Shown here in pieces: positions 20,606 through 30,200 of a stretch of DNA of 64,000 nucleotides. Source of the stretch: a virus; the IMG/VR virus record IMGVR_UViG_3300042446_001168; one strand, 5' to 3'. The notes beneath the pieces were generated by a model, which was given only the letters and a program-made list of their open reading frames with translations, was not told the DNA's origin and made no database searches. Both the position numbers and the translations under genes were made by a program. How positions within the stretch are numbered: the first letter of the stretch is position 1; each line of letters starts with the position of its first letter.

Positions 20606-23600
20606 ATGGCAAATTCGAAGTTCGTAGCTCACTATGGAATAGACTCACAAGCCAATACCAATGTTACTGGAGACCTATATGTCTCTGGTAACGCTGCTAT
20701 TGGAGGTACTCTTTCATATAGTGGAGTGGCATTGGGTGATTTTCTTCCATCAGCTGATGGGGATAATTTAGGTAACACTACGCTGAGATGGGATATTTTT
20801 GGAGGTACTGCTAATATAGCAAGTACTTTAGTTGTAGGTGGTGCTACTACTATTAGCAACACTATACAGGTGTCGGGTGCAGCTACATTCCAAAATACAC
20901 TAACTACCACTGGTCAGGCAAACGTTGGAGCTAACCTCAATGTGGTTGGATTGGCAAACATAGCTGGGAACACATATATTGGTGGGTTTGTTAACGTATC
21001 CACAAGTGTAACTGCTGGAGGCCTTGCTAATATAGCCGGCAACGTGTCATTTACAAATACAATAGTGACAGCGACAACCAACTCCACATCCAATGTTGTG
21101 ACTGTTGGAGCTGCTAACGTATCAGTTGATTCTGGTGTGTTGTTTGTTGATTCTATCAATAACAGAGTAGGTATCAATAATACTGCTCCTGGAGTTGCTC
21201 TGCGTGTAACTGGTGATGTTGATATCAGCGCTACTGCCAATGTTCAGGGCAGCGCTACGGTAACAGGAAACCTAACTGCTAACGGTAATACTTCGCTTAC
21301 CAACTCATTGCTGGCATTAACTACCAACTCAACAGCTAGTGTATTGACAATTGGCTCTGCTAACACCAATATAGATTCGGGCACTTTCTTTGTAGATGCT
21401 ACTAATAATAGAGTGGGTATCAATAATACAGCTCCAGGTGTTGCTTTGTCTGTGACCGGCGCAGCTAATATATCCACCAGTGTTAACAGTGCCTTGCTGA
21501 CTGTAGGGGATGCATTTATAGCTAACACTACCGGGGTGTTTCATACTGGATTACTTACTGCTAATGGTAACACCTCACTTACAAATGCCATTTTTGGACT
21601 AACAACCAACTCAACAGCTAACGTACTAACAATTGGAGCAGCCAACACCAATATTGACTCTGGTGTGCTTTTTGTTGATTCGGTCAATAATAGAGTAGGT
21701 ATTAATAATACTGCTCCTGGAGTTGCTTTAAGAGTAACTGGGGATACAGATATTAGTGGTACAGCTAATATTCAAGGGAATGCAAACATTGGAGGTAATC
21801 TAGGGATAGCTGGACTGGTTACTCTTAGTGGTAATACAACTCTCAGCGGTAGCCTTCAAACAATTGCTGGTAATTCTAATTTTGATTCTGGTGTACTTTT
21901 TGTTGATTCTGTCAATAATAGAGTAGGTATCAACAATACTGCTCCAACAGTTGCTTTAGAAGTGTCTGGTGCAGCTAACGTATCGACTAGTGTTAATTCA
22001 GCACTACTAACAGTTGGTACGGCGTTCATAGCAAATACAACCGGAGTATATTCTACTGGAGTTGCCAATGCAGCATCCTTTACTACTTCTGGCATTAGTG
22101 CTAATGCAACAGCACTAGTACCTATTTCAAATACAGTTGGTCAGATACTGGGCAATACAATATCTCGTTGGGTATTGACTGCAAACAGTGGTAATTTCTC
22201 CGGCAATGTCCTATTAGGTAACACAACAACCAACACACTGATTGCACCGCAGTCGTATGCTTCAAACACTTCTGGCGCAGTGACCGGAACAGTAACCACT
22301 ATTGGTACAACCGTGGTATCTGGAACTGGTTCCGTATTCACCAATGATCTAGTGGCCGGGGATATAGTCAAGTTCTCAAGCTGCACAGCGTATTTTACTG
22401 TACAAGCAATCAGCAACTCTACTCAAATTGTTCTCACTACTAACTCCCCATCTGTATCGGGCGACACATTAGAAAAGAAAAATATTCAGACTGTAAATAA
22501 CAGTGGAGTATTTTTGTATGGGGCTAACCAAACAGTAACACCGTTCTCTAATGTAACCGCTTCGACGCTTGGAAATAGTACAGCAAGATGGATTATTAGC
22601 GCTAACACAATCCACGCTTCGGGATTAATTACTGCTGCAGGTGGGATGGATCTTACAGGATCTATTAATGCCTCATCATACCAAATTGCGTCAATCAACT
22701 CAACGTCCAATGGATTGATTGCTAACTCGACAGTGATTGCTGTTGGTAATAGCACTGTTAATACAGTAATAGATTCTACAGGTATTCGCACTAGTGGAAC
22801 TACCGGAGTTAGCCCGTATGCCAATGGGACTGATCTAGGCACACTAACTGCTCGGTGGGATGTGTACGCTGCAAACGCTGATGTTATTGGAACCCTAGCA
22901 GTTGGTAATAATGCTACGTTCTCTGGGAACGTATCTATTACCAGTGGCTCAAATCCAACGTTGTTTGTTGGTACAAGTGTAACAGTCAATACGTCTGGGG
23001 TGTATCCAGCTAGTAATACCTTAGGTAGCGCGTTAGGTACAGGAACCCAACGATTTGACATATTTGGTGATACTGCAAGTTTTGGAGGAGTATTGACTGC
23101 CAATGGTGGATTAACTATTGAATCCAATCCAATGACGGCTAATGGAACTACAGGAACATCTGGTCAGGTATTAACATCTAACGGCACTATTGGAGCTCCT
23201 TACTGGTCAACTATTAGTGCTGGTGGTGGTACTCCTGGTGGCTCCAATACCCAGGTACAGTTTAACGATTCAGGAGTGTTTAATGGGGATACTGGATTCA
23301 CCTACATTAAAACCTCAAATACACTGACTGTCGTAGGTCCAATAAACGGTGGTGATATAACTGCAACCGGAATATTAGATGGAGCATCAGCGACCATTGC
23401 AGGATCCATTGCTGGTAACTCTTTAGCAATTGCTGGAACCGCCAACGCCAACATTTTTAATGCGGCATCTACTCTAGTTGGTGGATCAAGTACCTACGGT
23501 AGCTCTGCTAGCGTTAGTACCAGCTTGTCTACAGGCACAACTCTCACAGTTGGTACCAGACTAAGTGTAAACGGTTCGTTTGGAACAGCCGGCCAGATGT

Positions 23601-24052
23601 TATATAGTGGCGGTACTGCTAATACATATTGGGCCGCTGCTCCCGCTTCTGGTGGGGTTCCTGGTGGTTCTAGTACTCATGTGCAGTATAACAATGCAGG
23701 AGCATTTGCAGGTTCAGCAAGTTTTACCTTTGCTGTTGGATCCGGTACTCTCAGTGCTACTATCATGACGACAACGTCAGATGAGAGACTAAAAACCAAT
23801 ATACAAACAATTAATGGTGGATTGGATATGGTATCTCGAATGAGAGGGGTATCGTATGAATTTAAAGATAGTGGTCATAAAGGATATGGTGTTATAGCTC
23901 AGGAGATCCAAGATATCCTACCTAACGTGGTACACACCAACGAAGACGGCTTTATGAAGGTTTCCTATAATGACATTATAGGTGTGCTAATCGAAGCCAT
24001 TAAAGACTTAAAACAAGAAATCAACGAGATGAAAAATGGCAACCAAAGCTAA
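20606..24052 (+). CDS. Tail fibre with C-terminal peptidase S74 intramolecular chaperone
   Basis: Four DSG..FVD..NNRVGINNTAP repeats; C-terminal TSDERLKTNI...RGV.Y...GVIAQE...V.Y..I..LIEAIKDL. CATAAATA at 20556-20563. Confidence 0.85.
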   Translation: MANSKFVAHYGIDSQANTNVTGDLYVSGNAAIGGTLSYSGVALGDFLPSADGDNLGNTTLRWDIFGGTANIASTLVVGGATTISNTIQVSGAATFQNTLTTTGQANVGANLNVVGLANIAGNTYIGGFVNVSTSVTAGGLANIAGNVSFTNTIVTATTNSTSNVVTVGAANVSVDSGVLFVDSINNRVGINNTAPGVALRVTGDVDISATANVQGSATVTGNLTANGNTSLTNSLLALTTNSTASVLTIGSANTNIDSGTFFVDATNNRVGINNTAPGVALSVTGAANISTSVNSALLTVGDAFIANTTGVFHTGLLTANGNTSLTNAIFGLTTNSTANVLTIGAANTNIDSGVLFVDSVNNRVGINNTAPGVALRVTGDTDISGTANIQGNANIGGNLGIAGLVTLSGNTTLSGSLQTIAGNSNFDSGVLFVDSVNNRVGINNTAPTVALEVSGAANVSTSVNSALLTVGTAFIANTTGVYSTGVANAASFTTSGISANATALVPISNTVGQILGNTISRWVLTANSGNFSGNVLLGNTTTNTLIAPQSYASNTSGAVTGTVTTIGTTVVSGTGSVFTNDLVAGDIVKFSSCTAYFTVQAISNSTQIVLTTNSPSVSGDTLEKKNIQTVNNSGVFLYGANQTVTPFSNVTASTLGNSTARWIISANTIHASGLITAAGGMDLTGSINASSYQIASINSTSNGLIANSTVIAVGNSTVNTVIDSTGIRTSGTTGVSPYANGTDLGTLTARWDVYAANADVIGTLAVGNNATFSGNVSITSGSNPTLFVGTSVTVNTSGVYPASNTLGSALGTGTQRFDIFGDTASFGGVLTANGGLTIESNPMTANGTTGTSGQVLTSNGTIGAPYWSTISAGGGTPGGSNTQVQFNDSGVFNGDTGFTYIKTSNTLTVVGPINGGDITATGILDGASATIAGSIAGNSLAIAGTANANIFNAASTLVGGSSTYGSSASVSTSLSTGTTLTVGTRLSVNGSFGTAGQMLYSGGTANTYWAAAPASGGVPGGSSTHVQYNNAGAFAGSASFTFAVGSGTLSATIMTTTSDERLKTNIQTINGGLDMVSRMRGVSYEFKDSGHKGYGVIAQEIQDILPNVVHTNEDGFMKVSYNDIIGVLIEAIKDLKQEINEMKNGNQS

Positions 24053-24365
24053 TATAGTAGTTGATCAGGGAACCACATTCACCACATCCATTTATTTGAC
24101 TGATGATGACGGAGTCGCTATAGACTTGTCTGGATACACTGGTAGATCTCAGATCAGAAAGCACTATACATCATCTAACTCAATCAGTTTTACAGTGACG
24201 CTTACAGCCATTCAGGGAATAGTTACTCTTGATTTGACATCTACTCAGACGTCTGCCTTGACGGCAGGTAGGTATGTGTATGATGTAGAGGTTGTGAGTA
24301 GTTCAAATGTTGTTGCAAGGATCATAGAAGGAAATGTAACAGTCACTCCGGAAGTAACTCGATAA
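24036..24365 (+). CDS. Conserved virion adaptor-like protein (BppU_N-like)
   Basis: NIVVDQGTTF...DLSGYT.RSQIRKHY...GRYVYDV...RIIEG.VTVTPEVTR, a family common in T4-like aquatic phages. Confidence 0.7.
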   Translation: MATKANIVVDQGTTFTTSIYLTDDDGVAIDLSGYTGRSQIRKHYTSSNSISFTVTLTAIQGIVTLDLTSTQTSALTAGRYVYDVEVVSSSNVVARIIEGNVTVTPEVTR

Positions 24366-24366
24366 A

Positions 24367-24630
24367 ATGGCTCTGAGCTCCCCAAAAGTCAAGCTGGTAA
24401 CAGGTTCTACACTAAAGGCAACGGTTAGTGGGACATCTCAGCTACAGACGACAAGCCCTATTACGTTGAAAACCTCAGTAGTTAGATTTGATCAACTAGC
24501 TGATGTTGTAGAAGGCACCCCTAATGATGGAGACTTTGTCGTGTACAGAGCGTATGATGATAAATATGTATTGAAGTCCGTTGGTGAAATAGAACTTCCT
24601 GCTGTCGACGTTGATGGCGGAACTTTTTAA
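24367..24630 (+). CDS. Small structural protein ending in DGGTF
   Basis: L.DV...DG..VY-type motif and C-terminal DGGTF. Confidence 0.6.
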   Translation: MALSSPKVKLVTGSTLKATVSGTSQLQTTSPITLKTSVVRFDQLADVVEGTPNDGDFVVYRAYDDKYVLKSVGEIELPAVDVDGGTF

Positions 24631-24638
24631 CATAAATA
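24631..24638 (+). promoter_or_regulatory. Late promoter (CATAAATA)
   Basis: Intergenic NATAAATA upstream of SD AAGGA and ATG 24696. Confidence 0.7.
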
Positions 24639-24695
24639 ATAATACCAGAATTTTAAAATAATAACAAAACCTCTATTTACCTTTAAGGACTGCCA

Positions 24696-27014
24696 ATGGC
24701 AAATAATCTGATTCAAATTAAAAAGTCGCTCACTACAGCGCTACCAACGTCATTAGCTAATGGTGAAATGGCCTATACGGCCAATGGTGATGTACTCTAT
24801 ATTGGTAGTAACAATCTAGTTGAGGCAATCGGAGGAAGACGTAACCCCGGTGTACTCACAGCAAATCAAGCTCTGGTTACTAACTCTACCAGTTATATTG
24901 ATAGCGTAAAGACTGCAAATCTAGTAACTACTAAAATTTATGCCAATGGTGCTCATGGTACTACTGGACAAATAATTGTAGCCAATAGCACTGGAGGATT
25001 ATTCTGGACAGATCCTACTTCAGGAATAGCTGGATCAGATACTCAAGTTCAATTTAATAATGCTGGCACTCTTGCAGGATCAGCTGGGTTTACGTTCACC
25101 ACTGGATCAAACACACTTAACGTATCAAACACCATAACTGTTGGTGCAAATGTAAGTCTGAATACATCGGTCTTGAACATTGGTAATAGTACAGTCAATA
25201 CTGTAATCAACTCATCGTCAGTATCAACAAACTCTGTTTCAGGCTTTACGGTAACAGCTGCCAATGCTGTAATTACTAAAATTTATGCTAACAGTGCTCA
25301 TGGTACTACGGGCCAGCTGCTAACTGCAAACTCCACTGGAGGAATTCATTGGGCATCACCAGCAACAGAAATAACAGCTCTCAATGATCTTACAGACGTA
25401 GCAGTATCGTCAGCAACTACTGGCCAAATTCTAGTTGCTAACTCAACAGGATTTTTTAGAAACGTCTCATTGTCTGGTGATGTGACGATTGATTCGGCCG
25501 GTGTTGCTACTATTTCAGCAGATGCAACGGTGCTTGGAACAGATACCACTGGAGACTACGTCGCAACAATTACTGCTGGTGATGGTATTTCAGGATCAGG
25601 TACTGGTGAAGGTTCGGCTCCAACAATAGCAGTTGTTGCTGGTACTGGTGTTGTTTCTAACGCGACTGGCGTACACATTGGTCAAGCAGTAGGAACAACA
25701 AGTGATGTACAGTTTGGTATTGTCAATGCAGCTAGTCACACAGTAGGTTCTGCATTCATAGCCAACAGCACTGCTATTGTTAGTACCGGTTTTGCTAATA
25801 TAGCAACAAGTGTTAATTCTGCTATGCTAACAGTTGGTACAGCATTTATTGCTAATAGTACTGCAATAGTAGGTACTGGTTACGCTAATATTACTGGCAG
25901 TGTCAATGCATCTAGTCACACGGTTGGTACTGACTTTATAGCCAATAGTACTGGAGCATATCATACAGGGCTTGTAAATGCCGCGTCGTTCAGGGTTGGT
26001 ACTGACTTTATAGCCAACTCAACGGTAGTAACGATGAACAACGATGTGACTGTTGGTAGTAGTTCTGCCGACAGTGTGACGGTTAATGCTGGAGTAGCAT
26101 CAAGCCTTGTTCCTTCTGCCAATGTTACCTATGACCTTGGTACCAGTGCTAAGCGTTGGAAAGATTTATATCTAGCTGGATCGACTATCACAATTGGTAC
26201 TACAAGTATATCAGCTACTGATGGTACATTGTCTATTGGTAATACGTCTGCAGCAGAATTTTCAGCCACTGGTAATACTATCATTGGATCTGATTCTAGT
26301 GATGTTGTATCAATTAAGGCTACAGTTAATACTGATATTATACCAAATGCTAATGTTACATATAGTCTAGGTAATAATGCAAATCGATACCTCAAGGTTT
26401 TTGCTCAGAATGTACATTCCGAGTATTTGTATATTGATAAAGATGTAAATATTGTAGGTAACTTGGTTGTTTCCGGTTCGCTAGTGACAATCAATGTGGC
26501 AACCTTAGCGGTAACTGACTCATTAATTCAATTAGCTTCGAACAACCTCATTTCTGATACATTGGATATTGGATTCTTTGGTAGTTACCAAAGCGGGGCA
26601 GATCCTACCGAACACACTGGTTTCTTCAGAGATGCTACTGACGGTAAGTTCAGATTGTTTGATGGCCTCCAAACAGCACCAACTACTACTGTTGATATTG
26701 GCGCTGGTACATATAATAAAGCAACGTTAGTATCATTTATTGAAGCTCATGCACTGGTATCTAACTCTACTGCTGTTACGCTAACTGCCAACAGTACTGT
26801 TGCTGTTAATATTACAGCCAACTCAATATCTTTGGGTACCGCACTACCAGGAACAAGTGGTGGTACCGGGTTGTCTACAATTGGAGTTAATGAGATACTG
26901 GTTGGTAATGCAACAAACACGTATTCTAAATTGAGTCTGGGATCCGAAGGATTTGTTCTTCAATCTAACGGAACAGCTCTGGTGTATGCAACTCTTGATG
27001 GGGGAACTTTCTAA
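24696..27014 (+). CDS. Tail fibre-like protein (Mtd_N-like N-terminus)
   Basis: N-terminal IQIKKS...L.NGEMAY...LYIG; FIANSTAIV repeats; GSDTQVQFN; ends DGGTF. Confidence 0.7.
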   Translation: MANNLIQIKKSLTTALPTSLANGEMAYTANGDVLYIGSNNLVEAIGGRRNPGVLTANQALVTNSTSYIDSVKTANLVTTKIYANGAHGTTGQIIVANSTGGLFWTDPTSGIAGSDTQVQFNNAGTLAGSAGFTFTTGSNTLNVSNTITVGANVSLNTSVLNIGNSTVNTVINSSSVSTNSVSGFTVTAANAVITKIYANSAHGTTGQLLTANSTGGIHWASPATEITALNDLTDVAVSSATTGQILVANSTGFFRNVSLSGDVTIDSAGVATISADATVLGTDTTGDYVATITAGDGISGSGTGEGSAPTIAVVAGTGVVSNATGVHIGQAVGTTSDVQFGIVNAASHTVGSAFIANSTAIVSTGFANIATSVNSAMLTVGTAFIANSTAIVGTGYANITGSVNASSHTVGTDFIANSTGAYHTGLVNAASFRVGTDFIANSTVVTMNNDVTVGSSSADSVTVNAGVASSLVPSANVTYDLGTSAKRWKDLYLAGSTITIGTTSISATDGTLSIGNTSAAEFSATGNTIIGSDSSDVVSIKATVNTDIIPNANVTYSLGNNANRYLKVFAQNVHSEYLYIDKDVNIVGNLVVSGSLVTINVATLAVTDSLIQLASNNLISDTLDIGFFGSYQSGADPTEHTGFFRDATDGKFRLFDGLQTAPTTTVDIGAGTYNKATLVSFIEAHALVSNSTAVTLTANSTVAVNITANSISLGTALPGTSGGTGLSTIGVNEILVGNATNTYSKLSLGSEGFVLQSNGTALVYATLDGGTF

Positions 27015-27218
27015 GTGGACGCTGAATTTATTAATGTATATATTGCAAAACAAAAATCCTGGATTGAAGATCTAACAGCAAAAATTATAATGATGGAAGT
27101 GCGTCTTCAGCTAGCCGAGGCCAGGTCGGCCAAGCTAGCTGAAGAATTAACCACCATAAGTAGTAAGCTGGAAAAGAATTCAAAGAAAAAATTAGATACA
27201 CCTGATTCAAGTTTTTAA
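27015..27218 (+). CDS. Small coiled-coil protein
   Basis: GTG start directly after the previous stop; heptad pattern. Confidence 0.6.
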   Translation: MDAEFINVYIAKQKSWIEDLTAKIIMMEVRLQLAEARSAKLAEELTTISSKLEKNSKKKLDTPDSSF

Positions 27219-27245
27219 CTCTATATAGAGTTTTTGAGGGGCCAC

Positions 27246-30200
27246 ATGGCTAATAAATTTCAAGTCAAACGTACGACGGTATCCGGCCGTACTCCAAATA
27301 CAACCAACTCTAGTAATTCTCGGTATATTGATACCGGAGAGCTGGCTCTCAATGTGCCAGATGGTAAACTGTATTCCTCTAACGGAACAGGCTACTTTGA
27401 GATTGGGGCTAACCTTCAGAATCTATCGGTAGCAGCAAACACCGTAATCAATAAGTTAGTAGCTAACGGGTCTTTGGGACAAAACACCCAGGTACTGGCT
27501 TCTAATGGAACATCTACTTACTGGGCCGATGCAGTGGTTGGCGAATTAGTGCTAACCGGTACGGATCTTGTTACAGATGTTTTTACTGGTAACGGAACCA
27601 ACACACAATTTACACTAAGCACAACTCCGTACGACGAATCAGCAGTAGCTGTAATTATTGACGGTGTAAGTCAACATAAATCAGCTTATAGTGTATCTGG
27701 TAATTTAATTATTTTTAGTAGTGCTCCATCACTTGATGCTGAAGTCGATGTTACTTGCTACACCACAACCTCAAATCGTCTCATGGGCATCGATGTCACT
27801 GTCGATACCTTTGTTGGTAATGGATCTAATACTAATTATAGCCTGAGTGTGACTCCTGATAGTGAGAGTCAGATACTAGTGGTTATTGATGGTGTAAGTC
27901 AACATAAATCAGCTTATAGTGTATCAGGATACATTCTAACCTTCAGTAGTGCACCATCAGTTGACGCTGAAATTGATGTTACAATATTTGCAACAGGTCC
28001 TGTTGGCGCAGGATCAAACACTAATGTGATGTTCAACGACGCTGGTACGTTTGAAGGATCAAATAATTTTGTATTCAATAAACTAAACAATACTCTGAGT
28101 GTAGACTCTCTACTCTTGAGTGATCGTGCTAACGCAACGTCATTTACAATTGGTTCATCGTTCGTAGCTAACTCTACTGGGGCCTTCCACACCGGTACAG
28201 TTAATGCAGCTAGTATTACTACTGCGGGAGTTGTCGCTAACGCTACATCGATTGCTCCAACGTCTAACACAATTCTACTAGGAAATACAATTGGTAGATT
28301 TGTAGTATATGCAAACACAGTCACTGCCTCTGGGTTAATCACGGGTGTGGATGGTGCAAATATTAGTGGCACTGCTAACCTAGTTGATGTTAATATATCT
28401 GGCAATCTAACCGTATCCGGTACAACTACCTACATCAATACCACAACACTCAATGTTGGGGATAACATAGTAACTCTGAATGCTGATTTGGGGCTGATAA
28501 GTCCATCAGAGAATGCTGGATTAGAAGTCAACAGAGGCACACTATCAAACGTAAGTTTCCTGTGGAACGAGACTTCCGACTCATGGACATCAGGTAACAC
28601 TGATATTACTGGATATGCAAATGCAACCATCAGTGTCAATTCCGCAGCACTTACTGTTGGGTCTGCTTTTATTGCTAATGCCTCTGCTCTTGTTATTACC
28701 ACTCCAGTAACTGCCAATGGTGGTACTGGTACATCGGGACAGGTGTTGAAGTCTAACGGATCTACCGGATCTCCTTACTGGGACGTTCCTGGTGCAACTG
28801 CAGGTGGATCTGATACACAGATTCAATTCAATGATGGTGGAACATCGTTAAACGCAACTGCTGGATTTACGTTTAATAAAGCTAGTAACACTGTATCTAT
28901 CAGCAATACCTTGTCAGTCAGTTCTGGCTTTTCTGTCAACTCATCCCAACTAACTGTTGGCACTCCTTTGTCTGCAAACGGAGTCACTGGTACTTCTGGG
29001 CATGCGCTCATATCTAACGGTTCTACCGGATCTCCTTACTGGGCAGCAGTCACTACTGGTACCGTAACCTCAGTTGCTACTGGCAACGGACTGACAGGTG
29101 GTCCAATCACATCTACTGGCACCATTGATGTGGTTGCTAACAACGGTATAATATCAAATTCAAGCGGGGTTTTTGCCAATGCTGGAACTGGTATTGTATC
29201 CAACGCAACAGGTATTCATGTTAATACCTCATATGTGGCCACACTAGACGCCAACAACGCTGGATACCTTGGAGGAACTGCTGCAGCATCATATGTTCAG
29301 AATACTGATTCTAGAACTCTTTCAGGCAATCTGGTAATATCAGGCACGCAGTTTACTCCATCATCAAACACTACTCTGCTTGGAAACTCTACTGCAAGAT
29401 GGGTGTTGTCTGCTAATAGCGGAGACTTTACAGGTACAGTATCTGGCACAGTAGCTAATATGTCTACTAGTGTTAACTCGGCAGCGTTATCAGTAGGCAC
29501 CGACTTTATTGCCAACTCTTCCCAGCTAACTGTCACTACTCCATTATCTGCTAACGCTACTGTAGGTACATCGGGACAGGTACTAAAGTCCAACGGATCT
29601 ACAGGATCTCCTTATTGGGGCAGTGTTACTACTGGTACAGTGACGTCTATTACTACCGGTAATGGGCTTAGTGGAGGACCAATCACATCCACTGGAACTG
29701 TTGATGTTGTAGCTGGCACCGGTATAATATCTAACACTACTGGTGTCCATGTTAATACCTCATACATCGCTACCCTTGACGCTAATAATGCTGGATATCT
29801 TGGAGGAACAGTAGCCGCATCTTATGTTCAGAATACAGATTCAAGAACATTATCTGGTAATCTGGTAATATCAGGTACACGGTTTACTCCAGCGTCAAAC
29901 ACTATACTACTTGGAAATTCAGTATCACGTTGGATATTGAGTGCTAATACGGGAGACTTTAGTGGTACGGTGTCTGGTACAGTTGCCGATATGACAACCA
30001 GTGTTAACTCGGCACTTTTGACGGTAGGTACCTCGTTTGTTGCTAATACTACTGGGGCCTATCACACTGGCACAGTCAATGCCGCATCGTACACAATTAA
30101 TACTAGTTACAGAGCAAATACTACTGGAATATACCATACTGGCACAGTCAATGCCGCATCGTACACAATTAATACTATTTACAGAGCAAATACTACTGGA

